From the NCBI RefSeq assembly GCF_009914755.1, contig NC_060926.1: 64,000 nt of DNA. The stretch is one strand, 5' to 3'. This DNA comes from the human T2T-CHM13v2.0 reference genome, Homo sapiens. Both the position numbers and the translations under genes were made by a program. This document shows, piece by piece, positions 28,215-40,776 of this stretch. Every line of letters starts with the position of its first letter. Position 1 is the stretch's first letter. The notes below the pieces were generated by a model. It was not told where the DNA came from and ran no database searches. It saw only the letters and a list, made by a program, of their open reading frames with translations.

Positions 28215-28500
28215 AGCCGGGTGCAGTGGCTCATGCCTGTAATCCTAGCACTTTGGGAGGCTGTGGTGGGCAGATCACTTGAGGTCAGGAGTTCGAGACC
28301 AGTCTGGCCAATATGATAAAACCCCGTCTCTACTAAAAATACAAAAAAATTAGCCAAGTGTGGTCACAGACACCTGTAATCCCAGCTACTCCAGAGGCTC
28401 AGGCAGGAGAATCACTTGAACCTGGGAGGCAGAGGTTGCAGCGACCCAAGGTCGTGCCATTGCACTCCAGCCTGGGAGACAGAGTGAGACCCCCTCCAAA
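28215..28500 (+). mobile_element. AluSz inserted in an antisense L2 relic
   Basis: 'gatcacttgaggtcaggagttcgag'; tail expanded into a compound STR. Confidence 0.94.
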
Positions 28501-28635
28501 GATAGAAAGACAGGAAAGACAGGAAAGACAGATAGACAGACAGAAAAAGAAAAAGAAAGAAAGAAAAAGAGAGAGAGAGAAAGAAAGAAAGAAAAAGAGA
28601 GAAAGAAAGAGAGAGAAAGAGAAAGAAAGAAAAGA

Positions 28636-28728
<93 letters not shown>

Positions 28729-28738
28729 TAGATCGATC
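28501..28738 (+). repeat. Compound microsatellite: GA/GAAA-rich, then (GATA)12(GACA)5 GATA (GATC)2
   Basis: GATA units counted at 28659-28706 and GACA units at 28707-28726. Confidence 0.97.
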
Positions 28739-29510
28739 CAAACACAGGCACACTGAGTGAATACATTACAGGAAGTGGAGGTGGCATCTGACCAGGGAGA
28801 TCAGACGGAGGCATTCAGGACTGGCTTGGGGAATGCACATGATTCTGGTGTGTGGAGATAAGAGGGTTGGACACCAGCTCAAGAGAGATGGAAAGCATGG
28901 CACGGGGGCCATGGGCAACACTGAGACATTTCTTTTTCTCAGCGCTGGAATAAATGAAGGGCTGGGGTTGAAGGGATGAATCAGAAGAAAACATGGACTC
29001 AGCACAGAGCATCCTGCAGCCGAGATCAGGCATCTAGATTTGGCAGTCCAGAGTGAGTGCTTAAAAGCACTGAATGCTTTTAAGCCAAGAAGGTTGTGAC
29101 AATTGTATTTAAAAGCAATAAAACCAAGTTGCTTCTCCAGTCCTCCATAACTTAGGGGAGCCTCCTTCAGGCTGGCTGACTCCTTTCTCCCACGCGGGTC
29201 TGCGCTGATGAGAGGCTGCTGTACAGGTCACCATCTAGGGTGGGACTCGGAGCTCTCTGGTCTGTGGCTGAGGTTCACTGCATGTCATGACTGCCTGTGT
29301 CCACCTTTTTTCCCAAGATGGCCTGACTGCTCCCCATCTGCAGTGCTCAGTTCCTGCAAAACTCACCCCTTTATGAAGCTCCAAGTTTTGAAGACTCCTA
29401 CCCTTAACACATCCTGCAACAACTGCTCATAGTGCCTCGGGTTCCATCTCCCTGCCCCATTACACGTTTTAATATCTGCAGCACAGTCTGAGGGCCCTGG
29501 TTGGCTTTAT

Positions 29511-29556
29511 ATGCAAATAGCATGAATAATTTTCTTTGATGTTTTATTCTATTGTG
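29511..29556. promoter_or_regulatory. Compact POU/TCF/SOX motif cluster (candidate enhancer core)
   Basis: ATGCAAAT 29511-29518, ATGAATAAT 29522-29530, CTTTGATG 29534-29541, CTATTGTG 29549-29556 in unique DNA. Motif match only. Confidence 0.35.
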
Positions 29557-30089
29557 TTTCATTTGGAACAGAGAAACTCAAAGGAGGAAGGATGATGAAT
29601 GAGAAAAGAGGGCAGCAAGCGCCTCCATGTAAGGTGCTCTAACTTAAATCAGCTTTTTGCAGATTCTCTGCTATCCCCAAATCATCCTCCTTGCCTAATT
29701 CTCAAAAAGAACAAAACTTCTCCAGACAGAGCCCGCAAGGCCAGAGCAGGACAAGCAGTGTGTGCATCCCCCGCTCATCCCAAATCAGCAGTCCATGTAG
29801 AATTAAAACCAGTCTCAAAACACAAGAATAAAACAAAAAAAAATCAGACTAAAAACCCCCAACTGTCTTCTGTATCATGAGCTCACAACAAGATCCAATC
29901 TTCCCAATTACAGCAATATGAATACTGGGAAAGAAATGCGTGAAAACCTCCAAAGTATCCTCAATTTACCTCCTCCAAAGTAAATTTCATTTGGGAAAAA
30001 TAAAGGTAAATACATAACAGAGGGCCTTGTTTAAGTTGACAATAATATTTGGCATAGTGTTTATTTCAGCTAGGAGGTTATGCCAGGGC

Positions 30090-30290
30090 ACAAGGGGTAA
30101 ATCCATGGATTTGGGGGTCAGAACACCTCGAGATTTAAATCCTAGCTCTGCCACTTTCAAGGGTGACCTTAAGCAAGTAACTTAGGCTTTGGATTCCTCA
30201 TCTGTAAAATGGAAAAATAATATTACCAACCCAATGGGGCTGTCAAGAATTAAGTGAAATACCTGCATATAAAAGTACTTAACACATCCA
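30090..30290 (+). mobile_element. MIR
   Basis: 'aaatcctagctctgccact...gtgaccttaagcaagtaactta...ttcctcatctgtaaaatgg' MIR core. Confidence 0.85.
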
Positions 30291-30391
30291 TTTAGGATAT
30301 TTTATTGCTTCTAGCATTCATATATCTAAACTGTTTTAACTATTTCTATCTCCTTAAGTAAAATATTTGTTTCTTTTTAGTTCACCTAATG

Positions 30392-30904
30392 CAGCAGTCC
30401 CCAATCTTTTTGGCAGTATAGACCAATTTTGTGGAAGACAATTTTTCCATAAACTGGAGAGCAGGGGGGAGGATGGTTTGGGGATGATTCAAGTGCATTA
30501 CATTTATTATGTACCTTATTTCTATTATTATTACATTATAATATATAATGAAATAATTATACAACTCACCATAATGTAGAATCAGTGGGAACCCAGAGCT
30601 TGTTTTCCTGCAACTAGATGGTCCCATCTGGGGTTGATGGGAGACAGTGGCAGATCATCAGGCATTAGATTCCCATAAGGAGAAATCTAGATCCCTCGCA
30701 TGTGCAGTTCACAATAGGATTCATGCTTCTATAAGAATCTAATACTGCTGCTAATGTGAGCTCAGGCAGTAATGCCAGCAATGGGGAGCTTCACACAGAT
30801 GAAGCTTTGCTCACTTGCCAGCTACTCACCTTCTGCTGTGCGGCCCAGTTACTAACAGGCCACTGACCAGTAGCGGTCCGTGGCCCAGGGGTTGGGGACT
30901 CTTG
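30392..30904 (+). mobile_element. MER1A (hAT-Charlie)
   Basis: TIRs cagcagtccccaa.../...ggttggggactcttg, about 510 bp, typical internal 'gatcatcaggcattagattcccataagg'. Confidence 0.92.
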
Positions 30905-32259
30905 CTCTAAAGGCAGAAGAAAAGATAAACTTTAGGGAAATATGTGGATTCCATTTGGTATATGAATGTTCTAAATACTCATAACTCTTATAAATATTTC
31001 AAATATCAAATAATGGAATAAAATGTCTTTTCACATCATCACACAATAACCATGAAATGATATCCAGGTACTGAAATCACTCTACTCTTCTATTTTCCCT
31101 AGCCACAACAAAGGAATTCTAAAACATCCAATCTCTGACACTAGCTATTTGATTTACAGGAGGCAGGCAACAACACACTACTAACAAAGTGACTTTAGCT
31201 AAATCTTACGTACATGTGCCACTGCATCAACTCAGTTTGGACAAATAATTATATAATTAATTGTGCAGAAGCATTAAATGTAACATAATAGTAAGCTTAA
31301 ATGGATTGTTTCTATACTCTTTTCCTTAGCCAAGTATTTCTGGCTGTGTGGTTGGGATTCTGGTTTTTGTTTCATTTTACTTTAACCTGTCAAAAAATAA
31401 GGGAAAAATAAGTTAAAGAAGAGTAAGTATGTGGGTGAATATGTGGTAGAGGTTCTAGGAGAGGAAGAATAAAAATACATGGGTTGAATCTGAACATTCT
31501 CTGGTGAAAGGCATATAAAGTCACTGTATTCTGTATACCAGAGCCTGGGTCATGTTTGTTTCCTGCATGAATGATCACAATAATTCATTGCTACTACTAA
31601 TAATGAAGATCATATGACTGAATGAAAATTTAGAGGGATTTTTCTTCTCTTTCACTAAATTGTCATATCCATGAAATCATTTTATCTTACAACCTCAAAA
31701 TAAGGACAGATTTAACCATTCCAAATTCATAGATTGAAAATTTATGCATCCATTTAGCAAATATTTCATAAAAACCTACTATACATAATTACAATCAGAC
31801 TCATATCAATATGTGAATTTTAAACTGTGTATTATTTATGTTTCTTGCCTTACTGTGACAAACTCTTGAGAAGCTGAAAACGTACTTCCTATGACAAATA
31901 AAATCCAATTTGTAGACAGAAAACTGAAGTTGAAAAAAATTAAGATAATGAGACTACATATGTCTACATCCAAACACACGTGCCTGTGTGCACACACATA
32001 CACATATGTCCCTTTATCAAATTTGGTGTCCACAAGGGGCTGCATAATATGAATCCACTGAAAATAGAGGTCATAGTTCTATACTCAATAGTGAAATAAG
32101 CCTTTATCTAGTCTAAAGACTAAGAAAAATTTATTCTATAGCTTAACATTTTTAAACATTCTAATTGAAACTATACCTTCACCCTTAAGCAAAGAATGAA
32201 TCAAGTCATAATTATTTATCAAAATAATTTTTCTGATAAAAATTATGTGGTTTCCCTTG

Positions 32260-33050
<791 letters not shown>

Positions 33051-33123
33051 AGCTGCCTTGCTTAGAGAGCAAGAGGTACAGGTTTGGTTACTCTCCCTTT
33101 ATTTCAGAAAGGCCTTTGTTTTC

Positions 33124-33514
33124 TAGTATGGTTTGGATCTGTGTCTCCAACCAAGTCTCACGTCGAATTATAATTCCCAATGTTGGAGGTGGGGCCTGAT
33201 GGGAGGTGACTGGATCATGGGGGCGGATTTGCCCTTTGCTGCTGTTCTTGTGACAGTGAGTGGGTTATTGCAAGATCTAGTTATCTAAAAGCATGTAGCA
33301 CCTCCTCCAAACCCCTTCCTCCTGCTCTGACCATGTAAGACATGTCAGCTTCCCCTTTGCCTTCCACCATGATGGTAAGTTTCTTGAGGCCTCCCCAGAA
33401 GCCATTATGCTTCCTGTACAGCCTGTAGAACTGTAAGCCAATTAAACCTCTTTTCTTTACACATTACCCAGTCTCAGGCATTTCTTTACAGCAATGCGAA
33501 AATGGACTAATCCA
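33124..33514 (+). mobile_element. MSTA-type MaLR solo LTR
   Basis: 'tatggtttggatctgtgtctcc...ttggaggtggggcct...ccaattaaacctcttttcttt...ggactaatcca'. Confidence 0.9.
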
Positions 33515-33884
33515 CTTTTCAAGCTCCTAAACCCTCTTGCAGACCCCTCTGTCCCGCTGCCCCCATCATGAAAGCGCCCTGCCTTGGCTGACCTCCCATG
33601 ACTCGCTTTTCTTCCTTCCATGACTGCCAGTCCTGTGTGTTATTATTTCTAGGCTTTATTAGAAAGATGAATACATCAAAATAGAAATAACTTATATAAA
33701 AATTATATTAAAAACTCATCTTAACGATACTATTTATGATGAAAAGGGTGAGCCTGCAGAAGCCCTCTCACATGTCTCATGTGTCATGTTTTCCTTTACA
33801 AGGGTCCTTCTGCTCCTTAATCAAAGGACTGACTCACTCAGGCAGGGCACCTGCACCCTCCTGGTCAGGAATGTGAGTGTGGAG

Positions 33885-34095
33885 GGCAGGCAGCTTGGGT
33901 GCAAATCCTGCCTCTCGAACTTACTATGTGACCACAGGTGAGTTGTTGAATCATCCTGTGTTTCAGTTTCCTTACCTGTAAAATGGAGGTAATTACAGTG
34001 CTGTACTTACTCCGCTGAGTAAGAGGATTTAAGTGATAAGATAATACATGGAAAGTGCTCCATGGTGCCTGAGGTCCAGTAAGCACCAAGTGCTA
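33885..34095 (+). mobile_element. MIR
   Basis: 'gggtgcaaatcctgcctct...tttcagtttccttacctgtaaaatggaggtaat...gaggatttaagtgataa'. Confidence 0.85.
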
Positions 34096-35395
34096 GTCTT
34101 TACCGGGAACATCAAACACCAACTGGTGCTCAGCAAACACGAAGCCCCACACTAAGGCCTGGGAATACAGAGATCGTATACATGCCTCAGGCCTGAAAAG
34201 GGTTCTAAGATTTTAGAATTCCAAAGGTATCCTCACATTCACAAGCTGTGCAATTTGGGGATGGGGGACTGGGACGGACATTCAGTGCCACCTGTGTCTC
34301 CTGGCACCTCTACAACTCTAGATTGGGCATCTCTAATGTCTTTAGACTTTCCTCCACTGGAAAAAAAATGGAGACAATACACCTTAATCCACAAGTTCTT
34401 TGGAATGAGTATGGCATACAAGACACATTTGAGAAAGCGTCTAGGACAGACTCACCCCAACACTCACAAATGTGCATTTCCCTTCCTTTGTTTTTAAAAG
34501 AAGACCATAAACGTAACTTGAAAATACCTAGAAGAAGATGTGCCATTTAAATGAAAGTGATCTGTGATTAATTTTAAATCCTTCTATGTCCAAACTACAA
34601 GTCTTAGAAGATTGTGGATCGGTAATAGCTATAACTTCTCAAATTCCTCAAAATTTATTTTTTCATCCTGTACTGAAGTGGCTTACCAATGAACTAAGAA
34701 AGTTATATTGTAATACCCATTCTGGGGCTCTGTTTTATATAGAAGATGAGAAAAATAACAGTTTCTAAAAATAGGTAAGAAAATTACGTGAAAATGAGAG
34801 GTGAAGTGAGGAATGGCAAGAACTGTAGAACCAAATCAGTGGGCTGGACACATGAGGGACGGTGAGGGATGGTGTGGGAAGAACCCAAGTGGGAAGCTGG
34901 GCTTCCACTGCCTTGACCTCCACATCGCCAGGCTTCTCTGGCATGTTCCTTTGATCAATGGTCCAAAGAGGGAGAGACTCAGCTCTCACCCATGCACCTG
35001 AGTGAGTGACTGGGGAGACACAGCAAATGCTGAGTAAGCACAGAGAGCCTGTATCTGGTAGGTTTGATTGCTGGACAAGGCCATGGCCTAAGTTGCCTTG
35101 TATACTTATTCCAGGGACTTTTTGTCTATGTGTGAATGGAGTGATATGGATCCTTTACCACTACTGGAAACAAATAAGAAACCTCAAAGAATAAGTACTA
35201 CCAACAGAGGGTCAGTGATGTGTTTTTGTATACCTTTAGCATTATCTAAATGCAGGGACATAAAAATGCATGGTACAAAAAAAAAACCCACTTAATTAAC
35301 AATTTGCCATTCTGATAATTATACATAGAAGGCATTGTTTGGGTTTTTCTATCTTTGGTCACATCTTAGGGCTATTCTGATTTAAAAGTATAGAG

Positions 35396-36074
35396 TATAA
35401 AAGTCAGTGTGGCAATTTCTCAGGGATCTAGAACTAGAAATACCATTTGACCCAGCCATCCCATTACTGGGTATATACCCAAAGGACTACAAATCATGCT
35501 GCTATAAAGACACATGCACACATATGTTTACTGCGGCACTATTCACAATAGCAAAGACTTGGAAACAACCCAAATGTCCAACAATGATAGACTGGATTAA
35601 GAAAATGTGGCACATATACACCATGGAATACTATGCAGCCATAAAAAATGATGAGTTCATGTCCTTTGTAGGGGCATGGATGAAATTGGAAATCATCATT
35701 CTCAGTAAACTATCGCAAGAACAAAAAACCAAACACCGCATATTCTCACTCATAGGTGGGAACTGAACAATGAGAACACATGGACACAGGAAGGGGAACA
35801 TCACACTCTGGGGACTGTTGTGGGGTGGGGGGAGGGGGGAGGGATAGCTTTAGGAGATATACCTAAAGCTAAATGACGAGTTAATGGGTGCAGCACACCA
35901 GCATGGCACATGTATACATATATAACTAACCTGCGCATTGTGCACATGTACCCTAAAACTTGAAGTATAATAATAATAAAATAAAATAAAGAAAAAAAAA
36001 GAAAATATTGCTGGACTTTGGAAACTACAAAAAAAATAAATAAATAAAGAGTGGAGAATAAGAAAGCTGGAAAA
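35396..36074 (+). mobile_element. L1PA3-like 5'-truncated insertion with probable 3' transduction
   Basis: ORF 35407-35766 is a near-consensus ORF2 C-terminus; 3' UTR 'taggagatatacctaaagctaaatgacgag'; TSD aaaagtatagag at 35384-35395 and 36075-36086 encloses about 70 bp of non-L1 sequence after the first A-tail. Confidence 0.93.
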
Positions 36075-37329
36075 AAAAGTATAGAGAGGATAGATTTCAT
36101 ATATTTTTGCAATAAATGGCAACTTCCACATAACACAAATCCTGAAACTTTGTGGAAATGTTAACAAGGTAATTGTATAACATACAAAACACTGTAGGGA
36201 AGTATAGTGTTTAGAAATGCTTCAATTATCACCAAGGTGATGTAGTTAAATAAGGATAATAAAATATAATTAAACATTCATTACAGAAACTATCAAAAAT
36301 AATTGACCTGTACAAAGCACAGCACTCCTATTAAAAGGAAACTGATGGATAATAAAATATATAGAGTATTCTGTCCTCTAGACATAATTATTCCAAGGCA
36401 GCAATTAAATTTATAGAAAACTGTTAAGTTTCTTCTGTGACGCTTTACTACTGTGAACTCAAGATGTTTTGAGTGAGAATTGCCTCCAAAAAATTCTTAT
36501 GATTGTTTAACATCTTAACAAGAAGTACTGCCATAAATTTAAATATGTGTGTTATATACAAAAAAAAGATGAATTTTAAGATGCTTAGGACTCTGCTATA
36601 TTTGTCATATTTCTGGTGTCCACAGGATTGACTTTTGCTCCAGTTGAAAATGTCTAATTCTTCTATAGCCAAATCTGAGCACAGTCTAATATTGAAGAAA
36701 AATTTAATGTTAATGCAAAAATAACATTCTGCAGAAAGAGTGACAGAATATATTTTTATGAATAATTATCAGGCCAAATTTTTTATACAAGTTTGTTTCT
36801 TCATCATTTAAGGAAGCGGGACACTGTTCCATGAAATCATTCCAGTGTCTTATGGGAAGCATAATGTCTTTAAAAGGGTACAAAAATCTCTCCTTTTGGC
36901 CTTTTTCTAGCATATTCAGAGAGTATTGAGAATTCTCTACATAGAGGCAGTTGTAAACATAAACTTCTTTACACTGCTGCTGGGGGTGAGAGGAGAATAG
37001 AATATATTTTTATACTGACAAATGTTTTAACCACTGGAAAATGAACATGACTTTAGTAGGTAAAATTATCATGTACAGGCATCAGAAAGGAAAAATAAAA
37101 GCAGAAAAACTGAGAACTGTGTGTGGAGAACAGCCTTCAAAAATCCAATTGTATTTCATCTTCCTCCTCATTTAGTCTTTTTTTTTTTTTGGCTGCAAAG
37201 ATGCTTTAAAAATATATTGTTTTAGTCCAAAGATACCCCTGGCACAAGCGACAATAATATTACAGGGACATTAAATTAAGGAAAGAACCAACTGATATGT
37301 GTCTATGAGAGAAGAGCTACAGGGTGAGG

Positions 37330-37550
37330 AACTGGGAACAAAGGAGGAAGACACTATTAGCAAGCACTGGGGCCCTCCTTTATTGACGTGGGGGAAAAGT
37401 CTGAGTCCCAGAATGAATATTTCCTGAAGCAGAGCTGAAATGGAACTGTGACGGACATGTAATGTAAACCCTGATATCAAAAGCCACTGAAGTTGGAGGG
37501 GGGGGCTGTTTGTTACCGAAGCATAACTTAAGCATAAGCTGACTGACACA
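37330..37550 (+). mobile_element. Old MLT1 (K/L-like) LTR 3' part
   Basis: 'aagccactgaagttggagggggggctgtttgttaccgaagcataac...ctgactgacaca'. Confidence 0.6.
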
Positions 37551-38196
37551 AAGCCTAACATCCAGTTTTTACAAGCAAGTTATGGTTTAAGGACCTGATT
37601 TTAAATGACTAAAAATGTTATCCCTCACCTGCAAAGCCTTGTTTTTACATTAAAATAAATTTAAATGATTTGGCAACATTCCTTAAATATGCCAGATTTT
37701 GACAACTCAAAATTATACCACTAAAGAAATTCCAGAGACATGTGTGTTCATCATCCATCTCTATTCATGACAGAACATTTCAGCAATAACTGAGCAAGAG
37801 GCAATTTTTTATACCTGGAGTGCAGCACTAGGTAATTCTGGCAAGGAGTTTCTGAGAGAGGAACAGAAAATGGAATAAGGAAGTCATTGATACTATATGG
37901 AAATTCACCACTGTTGCTGCCGTGACTGAAGAGGCAACGTGAGTTCTATGCCATAAGAATCATAATGTAAAATAGGTTAAGCATAAAACAAAATAATATA
38001 AGCACCTACCCACAAAAATTAAAATTTATGGAAGATTCGGCAGAAACAGCTGAGAGTGGTGCTTAATAAATCCCAGGCCTTGTGCTAAAGCCTTGGGTTA
38101 TGAAGATAACATACATTCTGTTGCCTGTGAAATCTGAAAGGGGTCTGTAACTGCATGAACTGCAAAGACACCCTCACATTCACAGGCTGTGTGTGG

Positions 38197-38264
38197 ACAT
38201 ACGTGTGTGTGTGTGTGTGCATGTACGTGTGTGTGTGCGTGTGTGTGTGTGCGCGCGCGCGCAT
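38197..38264. repeat. (TG)n/(GC)6 alternating purine-pyrimidine tract
   Basis: 68 bp of uninterrupted RY alternation ending in (GC)6 at 38251-38262. Confidence 0.95.
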
Positions 38265-39265
38265 TTTTAGGTAGAGACCAATTAGATACCTTATTCAATT
38301 CAACATAGACCCCTGAAAATCTGGGAGGTCATTCCCCTGTTATTGTTAAACAATTTATCACTCTTACTGGAAAGGAAGTAATGCTTAACACCTTAGGGTT
38401 GCATGCAGAAATCAATTAAAATCTAAAGACAATAATCCAGCATGATATTTCACTTAAATGAACCTCCACAGCCTGTCAAATTAGAAAATTCATTTATGTA
38501 TGTGTGTGTGCTGTGGAAGGGGGAGAAAACAGAACACAGAGGGAGTCATTGTATTTCTTTACAGAATCAAAATGACACGGTGCAGTCACAAAGACACCGG
38601 CCCTTTGGTGTTGGCCTACAGAGCACTCACGAGGCAGCACAGTCTCCAAAGATGGCATGAAGTTTTAAAAGGACCAACTGGCCCATCCAGGTTAGAAAGA
38701 TCTTTCACTAGTGCTGTCTGTGACAGACAATAAACCACTGTCAGGCTGCGAAGGTCTGTAGAAGACAGAAGTCTGCACATTAAGTCTTTTTTAGAGGGGA
38801 GTTCACTGAATGTGTGGAAACAAAGGCTTGGTCTTGTTCTGCCTATGGAACCCTCAGCATCTGAGGCAGAGGAGCAGGGGGTCTCTGGATGGCAGGCCAG
38901 GACTTCTAAAGCAGGCAGCAGGCCTGGCCCAGTCACACTCAGTCACTGGGGCTGAGGTCAGTGTGACACGCTTTTTAGATGCTTGAAGAATTCTTGGTAG
39001 ACCTCACTTTGCCACAGTAATTAAAACGGGATGGTTTTCAAACTCCTGGGCAGTTTTACCCCTAGAATGAGGAAACTGGTCATTGTGATGCATCCTGCCC
39101 CAATAAGAACACTGTTTTAAGTTTTAGACACACCTACAAGAGGGACACGATCCAAACAAGACCGAACAGACAGACAGGCTTCAGAAATGTTGATGGGAAA
39201 CCATAGATGCAAAGCCTGGAAAAATTGATGGAACTGAGTAGTTACCTCAAAAACTGGGGGATACA

Positions 39266-39556
39266 GGCAGGGCAACAGTGGCTCACGCCTGTAATTCCAG
39301 CACTTTGGGAAGCTGAAGTGGGCAGATCACTTAAGGTCGGGAGTTCGAGACTAGCCTGGCCAACATGATGAAACCCCATCTCTACTAAAAATACAAAAAT
39401 TAGCTGGGCATGGTGGCACACACCTGTAATTTCAGCTACTCGAGAGGCTGAGGCAGGAGAATCACTTGAACCTAGGAGGTGAAGGAGCCGAGATCGTGTC
39501 ACTGCACTCCAGCCTGGGTGACAGAGCAAGACTCTGTCTCGAAAAAAAAAAAAAAA
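39266..39556 (+). mobile_element. AluS
   Basis: Full Alu with A tail; degenerate TSD gggggataca/ggaggacaca. Confidence 0.94.
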
Positions 39557-39886
39557 GGGAGGACACAATGCGACACAATTCAATAAATATTTACTGAGCA
39601 ACTTCCAGGTGGACGATCCTATGCTAAGCACCGTGATGGGAAATGTAGATAACGATAAGAAACAGCTTCTGTCCTTAGGGAGTCTGCAATCTAAATGGGG
39701 GACAGGGGAAGGGGAGGTTGAAAATAAGCAAGTCACAAACACAAAACAGGCCTGAGGAAACACACAGTATTATGACCTATGGGTGGAAAAGACCACGTTT
39801 CACTAGAGGACCTTTCTGAGAAACAGATAGGATTTTGGGAGCCAGAGGATTTTTGAGGGGAGGGTAAGGAATAAGAACATTATCAA

Positions 39887-40415
39887 GGCCGGGTGCGGTG
39901 GTTCATACCTGTAATCTCAGCACTTTGGGAGGTTGAGGCAGGAGGATCATTTGGGCCCAGGAGTTCGAGATCAGCCTGGGCAACATAGGGGGGCCCATCT
40001 CTATAAAAAATACAAAAATTAGCCAGGCGTGGGTCACAGCTACTTGGGAGGCTAAGGTGGGAGGATCGATTGAGTCCAGGAGTATGAGGCTGCAGTGAGC
40101 TGTGATTGCACCACTGCACTCCAGTCTCGGCGACAGAGCGAGACCCTGCCTCTGATAAATAAATAAAGGAGAGGACAGCAAGAGTAGATGCTGAGCAGGC
40201 AAAGACCAAATGCTCTTAGGGAAGAAAAAGGAGGTAGCAATTTAATCAGCTTCCTTTCTGTCAAAAGGCTAAGCCCTAAGTAGTTTGAATCCTAATAAAA
40301 TATTGCTTTTGTTGTTGTTTGTATTAGAGACAGGGTGTTGAGCACCACCATCCATGCCCAGCTAATTTTCGTATTTTTTGTAGCAAGAGTCTGCCAAAAA
40401 AAAAAAAAAAAAAAA
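39887..40415 (+). mobile_element. Composite: AluJ + unique segment + antisense Alu pieces + Alu-like 3' end + A20, within one TSD
   Basis: TSD aagaacattatcaa at 39873-39886 and 40414-40427; AluJ 39887-40167; non-Alu about 40168-40305; antisense Alu pieces about 40307-40383; 'agcaagagtctgcc' plus poly-A 40382-40415. Confidence 0.8.
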
Positions 40416-40750
40416 GAACATTATCAAGAATAGGACAAAGAGTCAGAAAACAAAATGTATGCGGCTGGAAAAATATCAAAAATAGTCTAGTTTTGGCTGG
40501 AAAATAGGGCTTGACAAGAAAAGGAAGATTAGCACATCTAACACATATTTCCAAGGCATATTTATACTTAAAAATTTTTATCACATTAATATAATGTTCT
40601 CATCACAGTTAGGAAAATGAAGCATAAAAAAAATCTTCCTCACAATCCCTCTGTTACACGTAATCCTTTTAGTCCAGCACATTGCAAGCGCTCACAGATT
40701 GCCGAGTTGAATGGAAACATGAACTTACATTTTAAAAAATAGTGTATAGC

Positions 40751-40776
40751 ATATATATATATATATATATATATAT
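40751..40776. repeat. (AT)13 microsatellite
   Basis: Directly visible. Confidence 0.95.

Noticed and set aside
28659-28738. Identity with a forensic GATA/GACA STR (D3S1358, D12S391, vWA)
   Set aside because: The flanking sequences do not match those loci as I remember them.
28358-28814. Low-complexity K/R/E-rich and S/I/Y/L-rich ORFs
   Set aside because: They are translations of the compound microsatellite.
35407-35766. 119-aa ORF as a gene
   Set aside because: It is the C-terminus of L1 ORF2 in a 5'-truncated copy, with no promoter or proper start.
36440-36915. Adjacent minus-strand ORFs as a decayed transposase or exon
   Set aside because: No recognisable DDE/hAT motif and no convincing splice pair; compatible with chance ORFs in AT-rich DNA.
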